Below, one piece after another: positions 1 to 12,510 of a DNA stretch of 64,000 nucleotides. Below the pieces are notes generated by a model. It ran no database searches. It worked only from the letters and a program-made list of their open reading frames with translations, and was not told the origin of the DNA. Where the stretch lies: positions 1,798,001-1,862,000 of the forward strand of contig JAYWIR010000031.1 of assembly GCA_036172245.1 (NCBI GenBank), in the 5' to 3' direction. The first letter of the stretch is position 1, and each line of letters begins with the position of its first letter. Source of the DNA: Raillietiella orientalis (taxonomy: Eukaryota). A program made the translations under genes and the position numbers.

Positions 1-1071
1 ACTTCACTTCCACTTTCTCCTTTCAATAGCAGATGATCTCAGAATTACTCCCTACAACAGAGTTTATCAATGGTCCAGAGTCAGACATTTTGATTCTCCC
101 GGGGTTTCATTCTCGAAACAGTCTTCTAACCATGACCGGCCTGCAGTGGATTGCCTCGAAGATTGCACACCTTTCATCTGAAAGAAAGGCACAAATAGAG
201 AGCAGTTTCACTTTCACCAGAAGTGATCCTTTTGAGACGTTCGCAACACCCAAGGAAGGCATGGCTGTCTCTGCTAGCACCCTGAGTGAGATTCATAGCT
301 CTTCTTGTTGATCTTTCCTGCCCAGATGCCCTCTGTACTTGTTAATTTTTCTGTTCTTTAGTTTGGTTGTGAGCTTGCCAACGTATTGGTTCGAAGATTG
401 CCGTCATTTTTTTTGATGGAAGCCTTACTGACGTAAGGTAGGTAAGGCGTCTATGTTTCCCTCAACTTTGCGTCTCTCAGCCAGCACACATACTGAGAAA
501 CAGAATTGCCCAATGTCCTCTCTCGGGGAGGGGGGGGGGATTCAATGTTACTTCGCATTGAAGAGGATGAGCAATCTTCCCGCGGAAATTTTAGGCTCGG
601 ACACGAGCACGCAATCCAACTATCGTAGAATTACTCGATATCATCTCTGGAAGCTCGAGACGTTTACAAAGAGTGCTTTCGAATAGTCAGCAGTTAGCCC
701 TGTCTAGGCTCTAATGAAAAATCGATCAATCTATTTCAAATGGAGGGAATTTTCCGATGGAAAATCTGTCCGCATCCATCTCTGTTGTACATCCAACAGA
801 AGTCCTCGACAGGGATGCACGTGTTCAAGACGCCATCTTCATCTTGATAACATGTAACTCTAATCAAGCACTAATACGGTCTCACGACGATACTAGTACA
901 TGAGACTGCATCGATATATGAGTATACTGCTATGTTCACACACCCGTGTGGTTGATACATGGGAAATATTCCTGGTTGAAAGTCTCCTTGGATTTCTTGG
1001 CTGTGGGTTTCGGGAAGGCCGTTGCGACGGGGACGTAGGTTTGTAAGAAGCAATGGAAGCGGAAAAGGGTT

Positions 1072-1106
<35 letters not shown>

Positions 1107-4100
1107 AAGTCATCTTCTGTACGATTGAAGTGCTTCTCATGATGATGCCTTTTTGTAGGCGGATGTCGAATTGGTGATGAAACATGAAGACTGGACAGAA
1201 TCTAATGATTCGACATCCATGTGGGAGCATTTCACCGAATTTTTCAACCGGAAATGCACAGTTTTCATGCGGACCCCTCCGAGAACGAAGCAAACAAACT
1301 TTCTCGAGCGTTCTGTCCATGGCAAAAGTTCTCATGTGTTGATAAACATGTACTCAGATGTCCTCGTTGATTGCTACTTTCATTCATTGTAAATTGCTTC
1401 AGGATGTGTTTACCCATGCACCGTTCATTTATCTTTATCCGACTGCAGCCGAGAAAAAACAAGACGCAGAATTTCCATGGACCAAATTTTGTACGGCCGA
1501 TTTCTTCGCAGGTTGTGTTTGCTGCGTTCCCGAGATCACTGAAAAGTTGAGGCATCCCAGCTGTATCTTCTAATTTTGACCTCTCCCAGCTCCTCTCTTG
1601 CTTCGGTCAAGTGACTCTCTCGCTTCTTGGATTCCTGATTTTTCAAGTAGCGTTCTTTTTTTCTTATCTGAGCCACACAGTTCTGCATCCTTCCCTCTTT
1701 GATCACTCCGAGTCATAAAGTGCATTATGGAGTTTCCCTCTTATTATGTATCTGATCAACTGTATGCGTTGCATAACGAATTTTGCAATCTGCGTTTAAG
1801 CTGAGTGTTTTGCTCGTGGGGCAACGCCATCGACTGAGGGCATTTCTCATTGACTCACGCTGATAATTAACGGTATTGAAACATGAAGAATTCTCGTGAA
1901 AACTTTCCTAATGTGTTCGTCTTTGCTTTTTCCTTTTGGCTTCCGATCTTCATTTCATTCTCTTGATGATTCGTAGCTTTAAATCAGTCGAAACGCAGTG
2001 AAGGAAGAAAATTTTCTGCTGGACTGAAAGGAAAAAATGACGTCATTAAGGGGTAGAAGAAAGCAAAACGGACCTTGGGAAGGAAATGAAAAATTTGTAT
2101 TCGGGGAGGGGGGGGGCTAGAAATCAAGAAAAAGATGTATTTAGAGTGCAGAAGCGCAAAAAGAAAAACAAAAAAAAATGCTTCCTGCTCACCATGCACA
2201 CAATAGCATTCAGTCTCTTACATTTTTCGTGGCTCCTGAAAAATTCTTTGCGACATACCACAGCAGCAGAAGCCTTTGTACATTTCGAGCTGGAGGGACC
2301 TTTCCCTTCCAATCTTTTAGAAAGCAGAGAAGACTTTGCTGGACCAAATCGATGTCCAGGTGTTCTTGCAAAGTTTGTCGAATGAAGTCATTCTGGAATC
2401 CTCGTTGCCAGGGTCTAGCAAAAACGAGACAGCTGACAAACTGAAGGGAGCAAATGGAGATGGGAAACGTTTTAGAAGGTGTTTAAGGAGACTGCTTTGC
2501 ACATTTTCGTGACACTCGATCAACCCGAGCAGTTTATGGCAGCATGCAACAGCATGCACACAAAGAAGGAAAATACCATAATGTCGACTGGGATGCTGGT
2601 TCCTGCCGAAGTGGGGCCGCTTCTGGATTAGCCGCCAAAAGCCAGCTGTCTTGCCAGCAAGGTCTGCTTTGGGAAAAGAAGTGGTGAGGTATCGAAAAAA
2701 AGAAATGAAAAGATGTTCAACTTTTTGTGTGTGGTGGTGGGGGGGAAGCACGAGGAGAGTCACTGATATTCCTCTGTATCGCGGGCAGGATACTTGCGAT
2801 TCCCACCTGAAAACCCTCAAGAAGGAGGTCATCAGGGTGATGGTGTTTCCGTTGCGTCGTGCTCTTCCAGCTGCACTTCGCGCGGCGACTGTGCTGCGAT
2901 GGCAGCATTCAGTGCTTTCCTACACCTCTGGAGGGAACCATTTGTCCTTGAGTTCATCATCGTTAGAGATGCACGGGAAACAAAATTGTCCTAACCAGCT
3001 AACCAGATAACTGTCGTTCCCCTCAAAAACGGTCCATTCTCCGGTTCTCTTACTTAATATCCGTGATTTCAAGATATTTCGAACCTGGTAATTCGGATTT
3101 GAAGGAATTAAAATGCAATTCATCTTAAGTAATATCACTGATACCATAAGCCACTGATCCGGAAAGCAGTATGGAGGAGCAAGCAGCACCGCAGATGGCG
3201 GCGCTCATAGGATTCACCTGCCTCCTCGGCATACAAGAGCCATTTCCAGGTCGCAGAATGATGGCGAGACCTCAGCTTCCCAACATCATTTTTCGAACGA
3301 TTATTTAACCTTGAATACATGATGCAATGTTGCGGATGTCAGTTGACAAGGACTATGTAACGCATCCAGGAGGGAATCTTGACCAACCTTCATTGGATGT
3401 CTGCAAACGTAGGTCTCGAAAAATCATTACACGAGTGTGAAGAAGCAAATGAGGATAAAAAGACAAGGGCATTCTTCACTGAAAAGCGTCTGCCTCCAGA
3501 AATGATGAGAAGGAGATGAATCTCACAATATCCATATCGTCACGGCTTCATGAAGGAGGATTCCTAGCTTGCCTTCCTGGCGGGGTTTCCTCAAGCATCT
3601 CCACATGCCGTTGGGTGTCACATGATCAGAGAAGATGCAGAAGAGAAAGCAGAGATCAAATGCGTAGTTCTGCTCGCATGAGGTTAGACACTTGAAACCA
3701 TGACTCTTGGCAGTACTCTTCCACATGCGAGATCCGAAATTTAAATCATTTGCCGATTTTCGCCAGTGGCTGAAGAAAATCTACAAGTCGCTGGATGAAA
3801 ATCTCAGCACGTTTCGGTGTTATTGTTTCCTGCCAGCATTTATCTTCCTCTCATGACAGTGAGCTTATCGGATGATGACTTAGTCTAATGAATGTAAAAT
3901 TTCCCTTCTCGTAGAGGCTACAATAAATCCTTTGATGCAGACGCTCCACGGAGTACTTGCGCAACGCAATCCTAGCAACGAGGGGCATAATTTGGAAACC
4001 GTATCTGAATCTCAGAAGCCGATCTCAGAGTCGCATCTAATAGAATGAGTTTTAATGGCGGGAATTTCATTCTAGATCATCCGTTGAACTGCAACGTGAT

Positions 4101-4598
4101 ACTCCACGGTAAGCTGCCGGAAAGTCGCACTGTAATCAGCTGCTCAATTCCAGTTCTTTGCTGATACAGGAAGGTCGAAGTGTCACAAAGCCAACCCGAT
4201 ATCGTGGCAGTTTGTCACCGGATGCAGAGACGTTGAGATCGGAACGAGATTTCCTGCTCCCCCGCTTGAATCAAGAAATTTTGAATTCATCGCGATTCAC
4301 CGGGAAGGAAGATGTGTCTGATGGGAGGGATTTCTACCCAAAGTGGGTGGAATTTGTTGCAAGGCATATGGTGACACGGCTGGTGACGCACTGAAACGCA
4401 TGACTGCATATCTTCCGAATGCTTCATCTTTGAACGATTCCATTCAATCGAGAACACATGGAACGGTGATCTTCCGAAGATCTGCTCACAGTACCCTCTA
4501 CGACAATTCTCTTTTCCATTTCATTGGACTGCGAACATCACGAGCAAACTCTGGCACTTGTTTCTCATTGGCACCACGGATTGCAAGCGATGGGTTAT

Positions 4599-6200
4599 CA
4601 CCCGGTTGCTCAGGGGCTTTTATTGTAGAAATAAACATACAAAGTGTAGAAACATCGGCCCTACAACGTTCCGAAATGTTTGGAACTTGCCGAGGAGCCG
4701 GCGCGCAGGTCGGCGAGGCTCGCCTCAGCAGCGGAGGCAGAAGGGACAAACCTATGTGCAAAAAAAAAAAAAATGGGAGGGTTAGGCAAAGGATCACATT
4801 CCGATGGAAGTCGTCCTCTGCACCCTTTCCAGGACATCCTTTTGATGTTATCCCAGATGGGACCATCTTGCTGCCGTCCTCAGGATGCGCAGAGAGAAGC
4901 AGATGGCGTCCCTATCGTGCCGTCTTTCTCTCGTGTATTTCCAGGTCGCCACAATCTCAAGCAGGCAGCACAGAGCTGCTTGGGCCGCAGCAGGAGAAAG
5001 GACATCGCGCACGAAGAGGCTTCATTCTCTTAAACACGAATCTGGGTTTCGTTTGTGCACCTAGGGACGTTGCGAAACGGCAACCACAGGAACCAGAGGG
5101 AAACACAGTCAACAAGCAGGTGCAGGAAGGATTCCCGTTCCCCGCATCTGCCACAGTTCGGGTCCAGTGAGGTTAGCGAGCGTTGCTCAGGATGCTCCAG
5201 TGCAACAACAGGAGTGCCGACTACAGCCACTTCAGGGAAAGGACCCGTTTGTTCTTCAGCGCTGGGCCACTCGAGTACTTCCTGAGGAATTCCCAGCAGC
5301 TCTCTCCAGAGCAATAGTCCCTTCGGTAGGGCACTTGGAGTCGCAGCGTCCATTAGCTGGCCCGTGGTCCAAACACCTATTGCTTCGGTCTTTCACCAAT
5401 CTCATATCGGACCTCCCATTAGGCCAGCTGGTCACTACCCAAGTGCTCCCTCAGGGAGAACATTTGCCGTGGCTAGGGAGGTTCATTGCGCCCACGCAAT
5501 GACGTCCAGCAGCAAGCAATTGTTGTTGAAGGAGTCCAGCAGTCGCTTTCGCATCTCCGGACTCGCTTCGTTCTTCTTGGCTCACGGATGCTGTTTCCTG
5601 CAAGCAGGTACAACTGTTTGCGTGCCAGCAGAAGATCAAGTTGTTGGTCCTGGTCAAGTTGGCTACTCGCCGGAGCTCCAGTCCGCGCTGAGACACCTTG
5701 CGTCTGCGCCACCCCTCCAGGAACGAAGACAGTCCAGCGTAGCCGATGGCTCGCTTGACCAGGCATCGTGCAGACTCGCAGCAGTTAGTGCTCCATGCCA
5801 CTTAGGAGACTGCCTTTCACTGGAGCTGCCACTCCAGGAGCTTCAGCAAAGGAGACAAGTTTCGGCGGAGACCGAAGCCTTTGTCGCGACGCGGGACGCA
5901 CAAGTCCTTCAGGTGGACTCGGGACCTCCCTGTGCCCCATAGGGCTATTCGCAGGAGGTCCTTCGTCAGCCTCTTGGTTCTATTCGTTGGCGAGCAAACA
6001 AAAACAAACGGGCGGAAAAGGGGGGGTCACGAACGTGTTCCACACCGCGTCCTGTTCCAACAAGAAAAACTTGTCAAATAGAACGAGTCGATCGCCGACT
6101 CTGCCTTCCGAGTAGTCGGAGGTGTTTTTCGTTCTCTCCGCGAAAGGGAAAGGATCTCCGAGTCGGTGACCCGGACATGCTGCGCTCGGAAGAGTAGTTG
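4599..6200 (-). mobile_element. 5'-truncated, frameshifted L1/Tx1-clade LINE (RT C-terminus, zf-RVT, 3' UTR)
   Basis: Minus-strand fragments (AVWNTFVTPP, WRELLGIPQEVLEWP, CGRCGERESFLHLLVDC) align by eye with the 9990-12510 copy. AATAAA plus terminal hairpin at 4601-4624. Confidence 0.85.
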
Positions 6201-6259
6201 ACTCGCAAGTGCGCCGCACCTTTCATGTAAATATTTTTTTCAAATTTTTTTGTTTCTGC

Positions 6260-7010
6260 CATGGTTGCATGGTGGTTGTGTGACAGCTAGTGTGGGTAGC
6301 AGCCAACGTCAGCAAAGAACACGCCTGCCACCGCACCAGAGGCGAAGCGGAGCAAGAAGGAGTCCAGGAAGACTCCCATACGAAAAGCGGAGAAGTCTCC
6401 CCTCCCACTCGACGCTTGTGGAGCGATGTCGACGCGGCAGCGGTGGCTTACGAGGGCCCTCCGGCGGATGCATAATTCGTGCATTTATACCCCATGGCTA
6501 TAATCACACAATTCGCTACAAGGTCAAGTCATTTACCTATTAAGGGGTGATCCGCGAACTCGGCAGCGAGATCACAAGGGTCGGCGTACACGAGGGAGAC
6601 TTGGAGTTCCTTATACTGCTTGCGTGGGACCAAGGCTGGCAATTGGTCTGCCAAAGTGCGGAACTCACCCAACGCCTTCCACGAAGAACGTTGAGCATGA
6701 GGGGACGAAGTGTTTTCCCTTTCAAGGAGGATCGGTGTTTCATCTTCCACTTGAAAGGCATCCGGTCGGGCGTGTCCGATAGCGATGTGATTGCGGAGCT
6801 GGCAGATCACGCCACCGTGCACGCCCTGTGGGGGAAAGGAAACCTTTTGAAGAGTTTCACATCTGCGTACAGCGGGCTTGCTGAGGCACGGGTTTCCCCC
6901 GAGAGAGAAAAACTTCTCCCATAAAGTGGAGATCGAAGAAACGCCGGGCTCTGGTTTGTGGGGAAGTCCAAGGTTTGTGGAGAGTGCGGCGAAGCTGGAC
7001 ACCTCAACAT
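6260..7010 (+). mobile_element. LINE ORF1 (gag-like) relic, Tx1/L1 type, with RRM-like region and zinc knuckle start
   Basis: ORF 6547-6924 (FIFHLKGIRSGVSDSDVIAELADH..., RRM-like). After a frameshift, VCGECGEAGHL at about 6973-7005 matches the start of a CxxCxxxGH knuckle. Confidence 0.65.
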
Positions 7011-7049
7011 TGTCCCCATCTACGACAAATGGTGAGGTGAATTTATTTA

Positions 7050-8090
7050 GAAGAAACTTTAAAACATTGAACATGCAACGCTGGGCCTGGGCGTATTCGT
7101 CCATCTTTAGGAGGATGTGGCGATACGTCCAGGCTGGGGCCCTTTCGTAGTTCCTGATCCCGATTTCTTTCTTCAATAGAACTCTCAAATCTCCCACGCC
7201 GACACTCTTCGTCCCGACGTATACATCTTTGCCCTTCTGATCACAATAGCTGTGATGAAGAGGGCAAGCGTGGTAAGTACCATCGGGTTGTACAGGGGAA
7301 CGATTCCGGTCTCCTGAAAAAACCCCTCCAAAATTTCTATTTTCATCTTTCTCTGCGGGCAGGTCACCGCCTTTACCGTGTGCCAGTCGGGTCGCCGCGT
7401 GGAGCATGTGAACACGTGGAGCTGCTTTTCTACCGCTCCACACGCCTTGCAGAGTTCGTCCTGGAGTTCCTGGTCCAATGCCGCAATCTGGAACCACTCA
7501 GAGTCCCTCCGTGATAAAACAACAGGAGGTTGTCCTGAGTGTCCTGGGGAAAATCACTTTTCATGAGTGCAGCCCCTACGGCCAGCACGTTTGCGTGAGC
7601 AAGTCCGTAGCGGCTCGAGGCTGCATGGAGAGCATCGTTGTCCTGGTGTTTCTTTAGAGTTTCTCTCTTTATGTTGGCTTTGGTCATCAGCAGCCACGCC
7701 TGTTGAGGCAGCTGTTTCCCGGGTTCGGTGGTTAAATTTTCCTTTTACGTCCATGATCAAGCGATACAGTAGCGCATTGTGGCAATCCCCACTGGTGGCA
7801 AACTGTTCCCAATGCTCCATCTTTAATCTTGGCCTCTGGTGAATCCAATTTGCTGTCTTCTTGGGGATGGGTACAAAGTGAGGCATCACTAGATCCAGCT
7901 CTTCTTCCCATAATTCTCTGCTCCTGGTCACGATCTTGGATTGGTGAAGCCTCCTTAGTGCCTGTTTTCGTTTCCAAGTGGGGTTGATGTTTATCTACTC
8001 TCCAGTAGCTCCTATCAACGCAGGCATCAGGCCTCTCGAGTTGTTCAACAACCTCGAGTAGGCTCTGTACGCTGCAAAAGGCCACTCGTC
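7050..8090 (-). mobile_element. C-terminal ORF2 fragment of a second, distinct L1-clade LINE family
   Basis: Consecutive frameshifted minus ORFs containing LLLFYHGG and CKACGAVEKQLHVFTC (zf-RVT CxxC...H...C pattern). Confidence 0.6.
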
Positions 8091-9019
8091 TCAGTTCGTG
8101 GTGTGTTCCAGAAGTTGCCCCTCATCCGTGGATTCCACGCAGTGTTGTAGCCTAGCAGTTCATTCCGGTTCCACCTTCCTCTCGAGGGTGGCACAGCAGT
8201 TCGAGCCTAACCCTCAAGGGCGAAACACCTCAAGAAGAGGCGTCCGAAGACTGAGCCGCGGCTGAAGCAGCTTGGACACTTAAGGCGTGTATGCCCTGCA
8301 AACGCATCAGATGCTTTTTACCCGAATCAGAAACAGCCTCCGACTCGCGAAGCGACGTCCGCAGAAAAAGAGGCCGCTCCAGAGGAAAGAATTTCCCCTG
8401 GAATGAACTCTTGGGAGAATCCCGGGGAATAAGACAGCTCCTGGACAACGGTGTCCAGGACGGCGAAGAGCGAGCGTCGACGCGAGCTCCTTCAAGTGAG
8501 CGCGGTGGAAAGTAATCCACGCAAAAAGTGCGCGAAACACTTCCGGCTCAAGCGGAGAGCAGGTGGCGCTTCGTTCTGCACGGTTTTTGCGGAAGAACGA
8601 AGTCGTCCTCGAACGGTGCAAAGATGTCGCCCCTGCGATTGCGTCCTCAAATATTGTGCATGTAAGCACAACTGAAGACACGACTGCAAGGAGGCGTTGC
8701 TCACTGCAGCAGAGAGGGACCTGCGAGTCTCAAGCTTCTGATTGTGGGGAGTTGGACTCCGTTGCGGCCTTAGGCAGTGCACCATTCGTCGCGCTAGGAC
8801 ATAAGCCCAAGGCGTGCTGGGACGAGGCGGCGGACAAAATGGAGGAGGAAGTTGCCTCTCGCGACACTTCAAAGGAGGGTTGCACCAGAGAGCGCCATCC
8901 AAGCGGGCTCAGGCATGAGTCCATGGACGACCTATCTGCAGTCGCTATGTCCATGGCTTTCCCACCAGGGCAGAGACTATGAGACTCCATCATGCTCCCT
9001 GCCATGACGCGCAACCTCA

Positions 9020-9985
9020 TCTCGTCGTGGAAGGTGGAGATGGCGATCGACCCGTTCCAGAACGGCAAGTTTTGCTTGCCGGAACGGGCTGCGGTGTGGT
9101 ACTCATTTGCGGTTCCCTTCCTCCGCCCTTTGCTTTTGTTTAACCCGCCCCACCTGACTTAAGAGGAAGACCGAGGATCTCCTGAGAAAAGCTTTCCGGG
9201 GCACAGGGAGGTCCAGAGTCAGACTCAAAGACTTGTGTGCTCCGTGTAAAGATGACGGACTGGACCTCCTTACGCTGGAGAGGATGGAGCGTCAGTTCCA
9301 ATTTAGAAGATTCGCCCTTGTGGCGAAACCATGGTCAACACCCTGATGCATATCAGCATGACTCCTTGAGAAGAGCGCAATCGGCTGCGAGGGACTCACA
9401 ACCCTCCTCGTTGCTCGCGGGAAATCGCTGAGGCGTTGAGGATGTCAACTTCGCTAGATGGTTGCCCTGGTGGAGAACACCTGGATCTACTGTTTCCCCG
9501 AGAAATGCACTGCCTGGATTCAGGAGGTGGCCTTCGTCTGGTGAAAGATCCACGGCGCGAGAGAGGTGGGGTACGCCTGCCTGCAACGAGGAGTCAACAC
9601 TTGCAATTCGTTGGAGGAGATCGTCCTCAACTCACAGAAGATGAGGTGAGTCTCGTCTGCTCCCTTTGCCCCAGTACTGCCCTCCCTAAGGGACGCAAGG
9701 GAAAGTGTAATCCCGGCAAGGTGGGAAGTGACTGCATAGCAGCAAAAACAAAACTTCTTGGAACGTGGACAACTCGGTAAGTGGCGGATGCTGAGACCCC
9801 GAGTGTCCCACCCCACGGACTTGTACGCTGGGGAGAGCTGATCACTATCCCTCCTGAGGAGGTGATGTGGCCTCCGGCGTGCTGGAACAGTGCAACACTC
9901 CTCCTCAAGTGGCAGGAGTCGACGTTGCTGATATTTCATGGAGAAATCCTATGCAAAGTGCGCCTTCACCATTGGACACGAGGGA
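9020..9985 (+). mobile_element. Degenerate L1/Tx1 LINE ORF2 fragment (main family), truncated at both ends
   Basis: GKFCLPERAAVWYSFAVPFLRPLL and RWGELITIPPEEVMWPP...LKWQESTLL match the corresponding segments of the 9990-12510 copy. Confidence 0.8.
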
Positions 9986-9989
9986 GTTC

Positions 9990-12510
9990 TCACCTGGTCA
10001 CGCCGGGGCGTTTATTAATAAACACTTTACATTTGTGGTACGAGGCCCCGCTACGGCCTGTTCATGGGACCTGCCAGGAAGCCGGTTCGCAGACCGGCTT
10101 GACTCTCCTCGGCAGCGGAGGGGATAAGGGGTAAAACAAAAAGAAAAATAAATCAAACAAACAAAAAAAAAGAAACTATTTGGGGGGGCGGGAAGGGATC
10201 ACAGTCCGCTCGAGGAAGAGACCATCCTTTCCAGGATGCCCTCGAGGTCCCTCGTCATAGCTCCCAGATGGGACCATCCGATCGCGATTCTCAGGTAGCG
10301 ACCCGCGTGTACGATGGCGTCCCTATCGCTGCTTCTTCTGTTTGCTGCGCTCCACGCAGCCACAATCCCTCGGAGGCAGCAGAGCGCTGCCAGGGTTGAG
10401 GCTGGTGGCAGGGCGTCTCGCACGAAGAGGAGTCTCCCAACGTCTCTGGGGGTACTGCCGACCGGCATACGGAGGGTCGTAGCAAAACGTTCTCACAAGG
10501 GCTGGAGGGCAGCGCAGTCCACTAACAGATGTGGGAGGGATTCCTTCTCCCCGCACACTGCACAGTTCTGTCCCACGTTCCCCAACGTCCAGTGGTGGCA
10601 GCACGCGTTGCAGGGAAGACCCCAGTGCAACAACAGCAGAGCCGTTTCCAGTCACTTGAGGGGGAGGGTGGATGGGTCTCTAAATAACGGGGGCCACTTT
10701 AGGTCATCCAGCGGGATACCCAGCAGCTCGCCCCATCTCCGTATTCCGCGCGGGAGAACGCTTGGGGTCGCGGCGTATGCCAGTTCCCTCATGGTCCACC
10801 CACTTAATTCCTTCTCCTTGCCCGCTATCCGGCAGGTGACTTGCCATCTCAGCTTCCGGCAGTTTTGAAGAGCCCTTCTTAGGAAGGGCAGCGCCGTGGT
10901 CAGTGGGGTCGTCTCCGCCCACGTGCTTCTGGCAGGACACTCGATCATGTTCCGCAGCGTGCAGCGGGTGTAGATGCCGGGACGCAGGCGGTTGCAGGAT
11001 TTTCCACTAGGCTGGTTTAACTTCGCCCACGTGCCAATTGTTTCTTCCAGCCATGCGCTGGAGTTGGCGGGGCTGCAGGCCATCCATCCGTTCTCCTTTG
11101 CCAAGGTGGCCATGCGTCCCAGGAGAAGGCTGCATCTTCTTATTTTCCTGCGGGGACACAGGCGAGGAGGCGAGCTGGAACGCACCAAGGGGTGCTCCAC
11201 ATCTTCGCCACGATGGCTAGGGTACGCCACCGCAGCTGTGTTTCCACGGGCTCCAGCATCAGGACGCTAAGACCTCCGTCCCGACGTGGAGCGCACAAGT
11301 CCTGCAGAGGCACACGAGGCCTCTTGCTGCCCCATAGGACGATGCACAGGAGGTCCTTCGTTCTCTTTTTCATCTCACGGGGTACGGGGCAAACAAAAAG
11401 CAGGGGGCGAAGGAGGGGGGGCGCAAACGCGTTCCACACCGCGGCCCGTAACGGCAAGTGAAACTTGCCTTCCAGCAACGGGCCGATAGCCGACTCCACT
11501 TTCTGGAGACGACCTGACCAGGCTTCTGACTGGCAGGAATCCCCCAACGAAACGCCAAGGTACTTTAAGTACTTTTCCTTGGGGATCCTTAGGCGGATCC
11601 AGTCAGGTCGTCCTGCCCACGTTGCACCAACCGCAACTAGCGACGACTTCGTCCTGTTCACCCGTAGTCCTGTCCCACGGCTCAACAAGTCGAAGAAATC
11701 CTCGACTGCGGCAGCTGGGGCGGACATGGTCAACATCAGCAGAAGATCATCAGCATACGCCGACACGGTCGGCGTACCGGGGCACGAGCTTGGCAGGGCA
11801 GCCAATGTCACCCTGTATGCTCTCAGCACCAGTTCGAAATAGGTGCTAAAGAGCAGGGGACTCAGGCTGTTGCCCTGCCGGATGGCGCGCCTTACCGGCA
11901 CGCCGAACACGTTTTGTCCTCTGAAAGAAACGGTGATTATCGCATTGCGCCAGCAGGAGCGCAGGTAGGCCGTGAAGGCGGCCGGGAAGCCCATGCGATC
12001 CAGGAGCTCCAGAAGAAGTTCCTGGACCACGCAATCGAACACTTTATGCAGATCGACTGCAATCGCTAGAGCCCCCTTTCCTCCCCGGTCGTCCCCTACC
12101 TGCCCCTCTGGCGCCCCAAATCAGGGTTGCCGACATTCCGTTTTTCCTTGTTTTCTTCCCGTTGCACATGGAACCATGTGCTGGAGAACAGGTTCGCTTC
12201 CATGCTTCGCCCGGGAACAGCGTACGTCTGTTCCGGGCTGACGAAGCTGTCCTCCACCTGTTCCAGCCGCGCAGCCCACAGTCCAGCCAACAACTTGGTG
12301 TCCGCGATCACAATCGCGATCTGACCCCAGTTGCTTAATTTTCGGAGGTCTCCTCCCTTAGGAAGGAGCCTCACCCTGGCTGACCGAAACGAGGTGGGAA
12401 CATTGCCTTCGTCTCGGATCAGCCGTGTCAACTCGAGCACCAGGGGAGTCAGCTCTGCGGCGAAGCACTGAAAGAACTCCGCCGGCAGGCCGTCCTCCCC
12501 TGGCTCCAAA
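9990..12510 (-). mobile_element. L1/Tx1-clade non-LTR retrotransposon, 5'-truncated within RT; pseudogenised ORF2 (RT + zf-RVT) and 3' UTR
   Basis: ORFs 12096-12509 (PGEDGLPAEFF, LLPKGGDLRKLSNW), 11140-12042 (IRQGNSLSPLLF, YADD at 11746-11757, KYLGV, DGGL), 10652-11230 and 10199-10468. CAVCGEKESLPHLLVDC zinc finger. Frameshifts and stops present. Confidence 0.95.

Noticed and set aside
1072..1109. A/(AAAAG)n tract
   Set aside because: Ordinary low-complexity microsatellite.
940..2480. Possible short host exons (1159-1320, 1403-1511, and a CARD-like LLDQIDVQVFLQSL at 2321-2478)
   Set aside because: Acceptor sites are plausible, but donors and phases do not join convincingly and no family is recognisable.
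6529..7497. 322-aa minus-strand ORF
   Set aside because: A shadow ORF spanning two TE relics; the real coding signal is in other frames.
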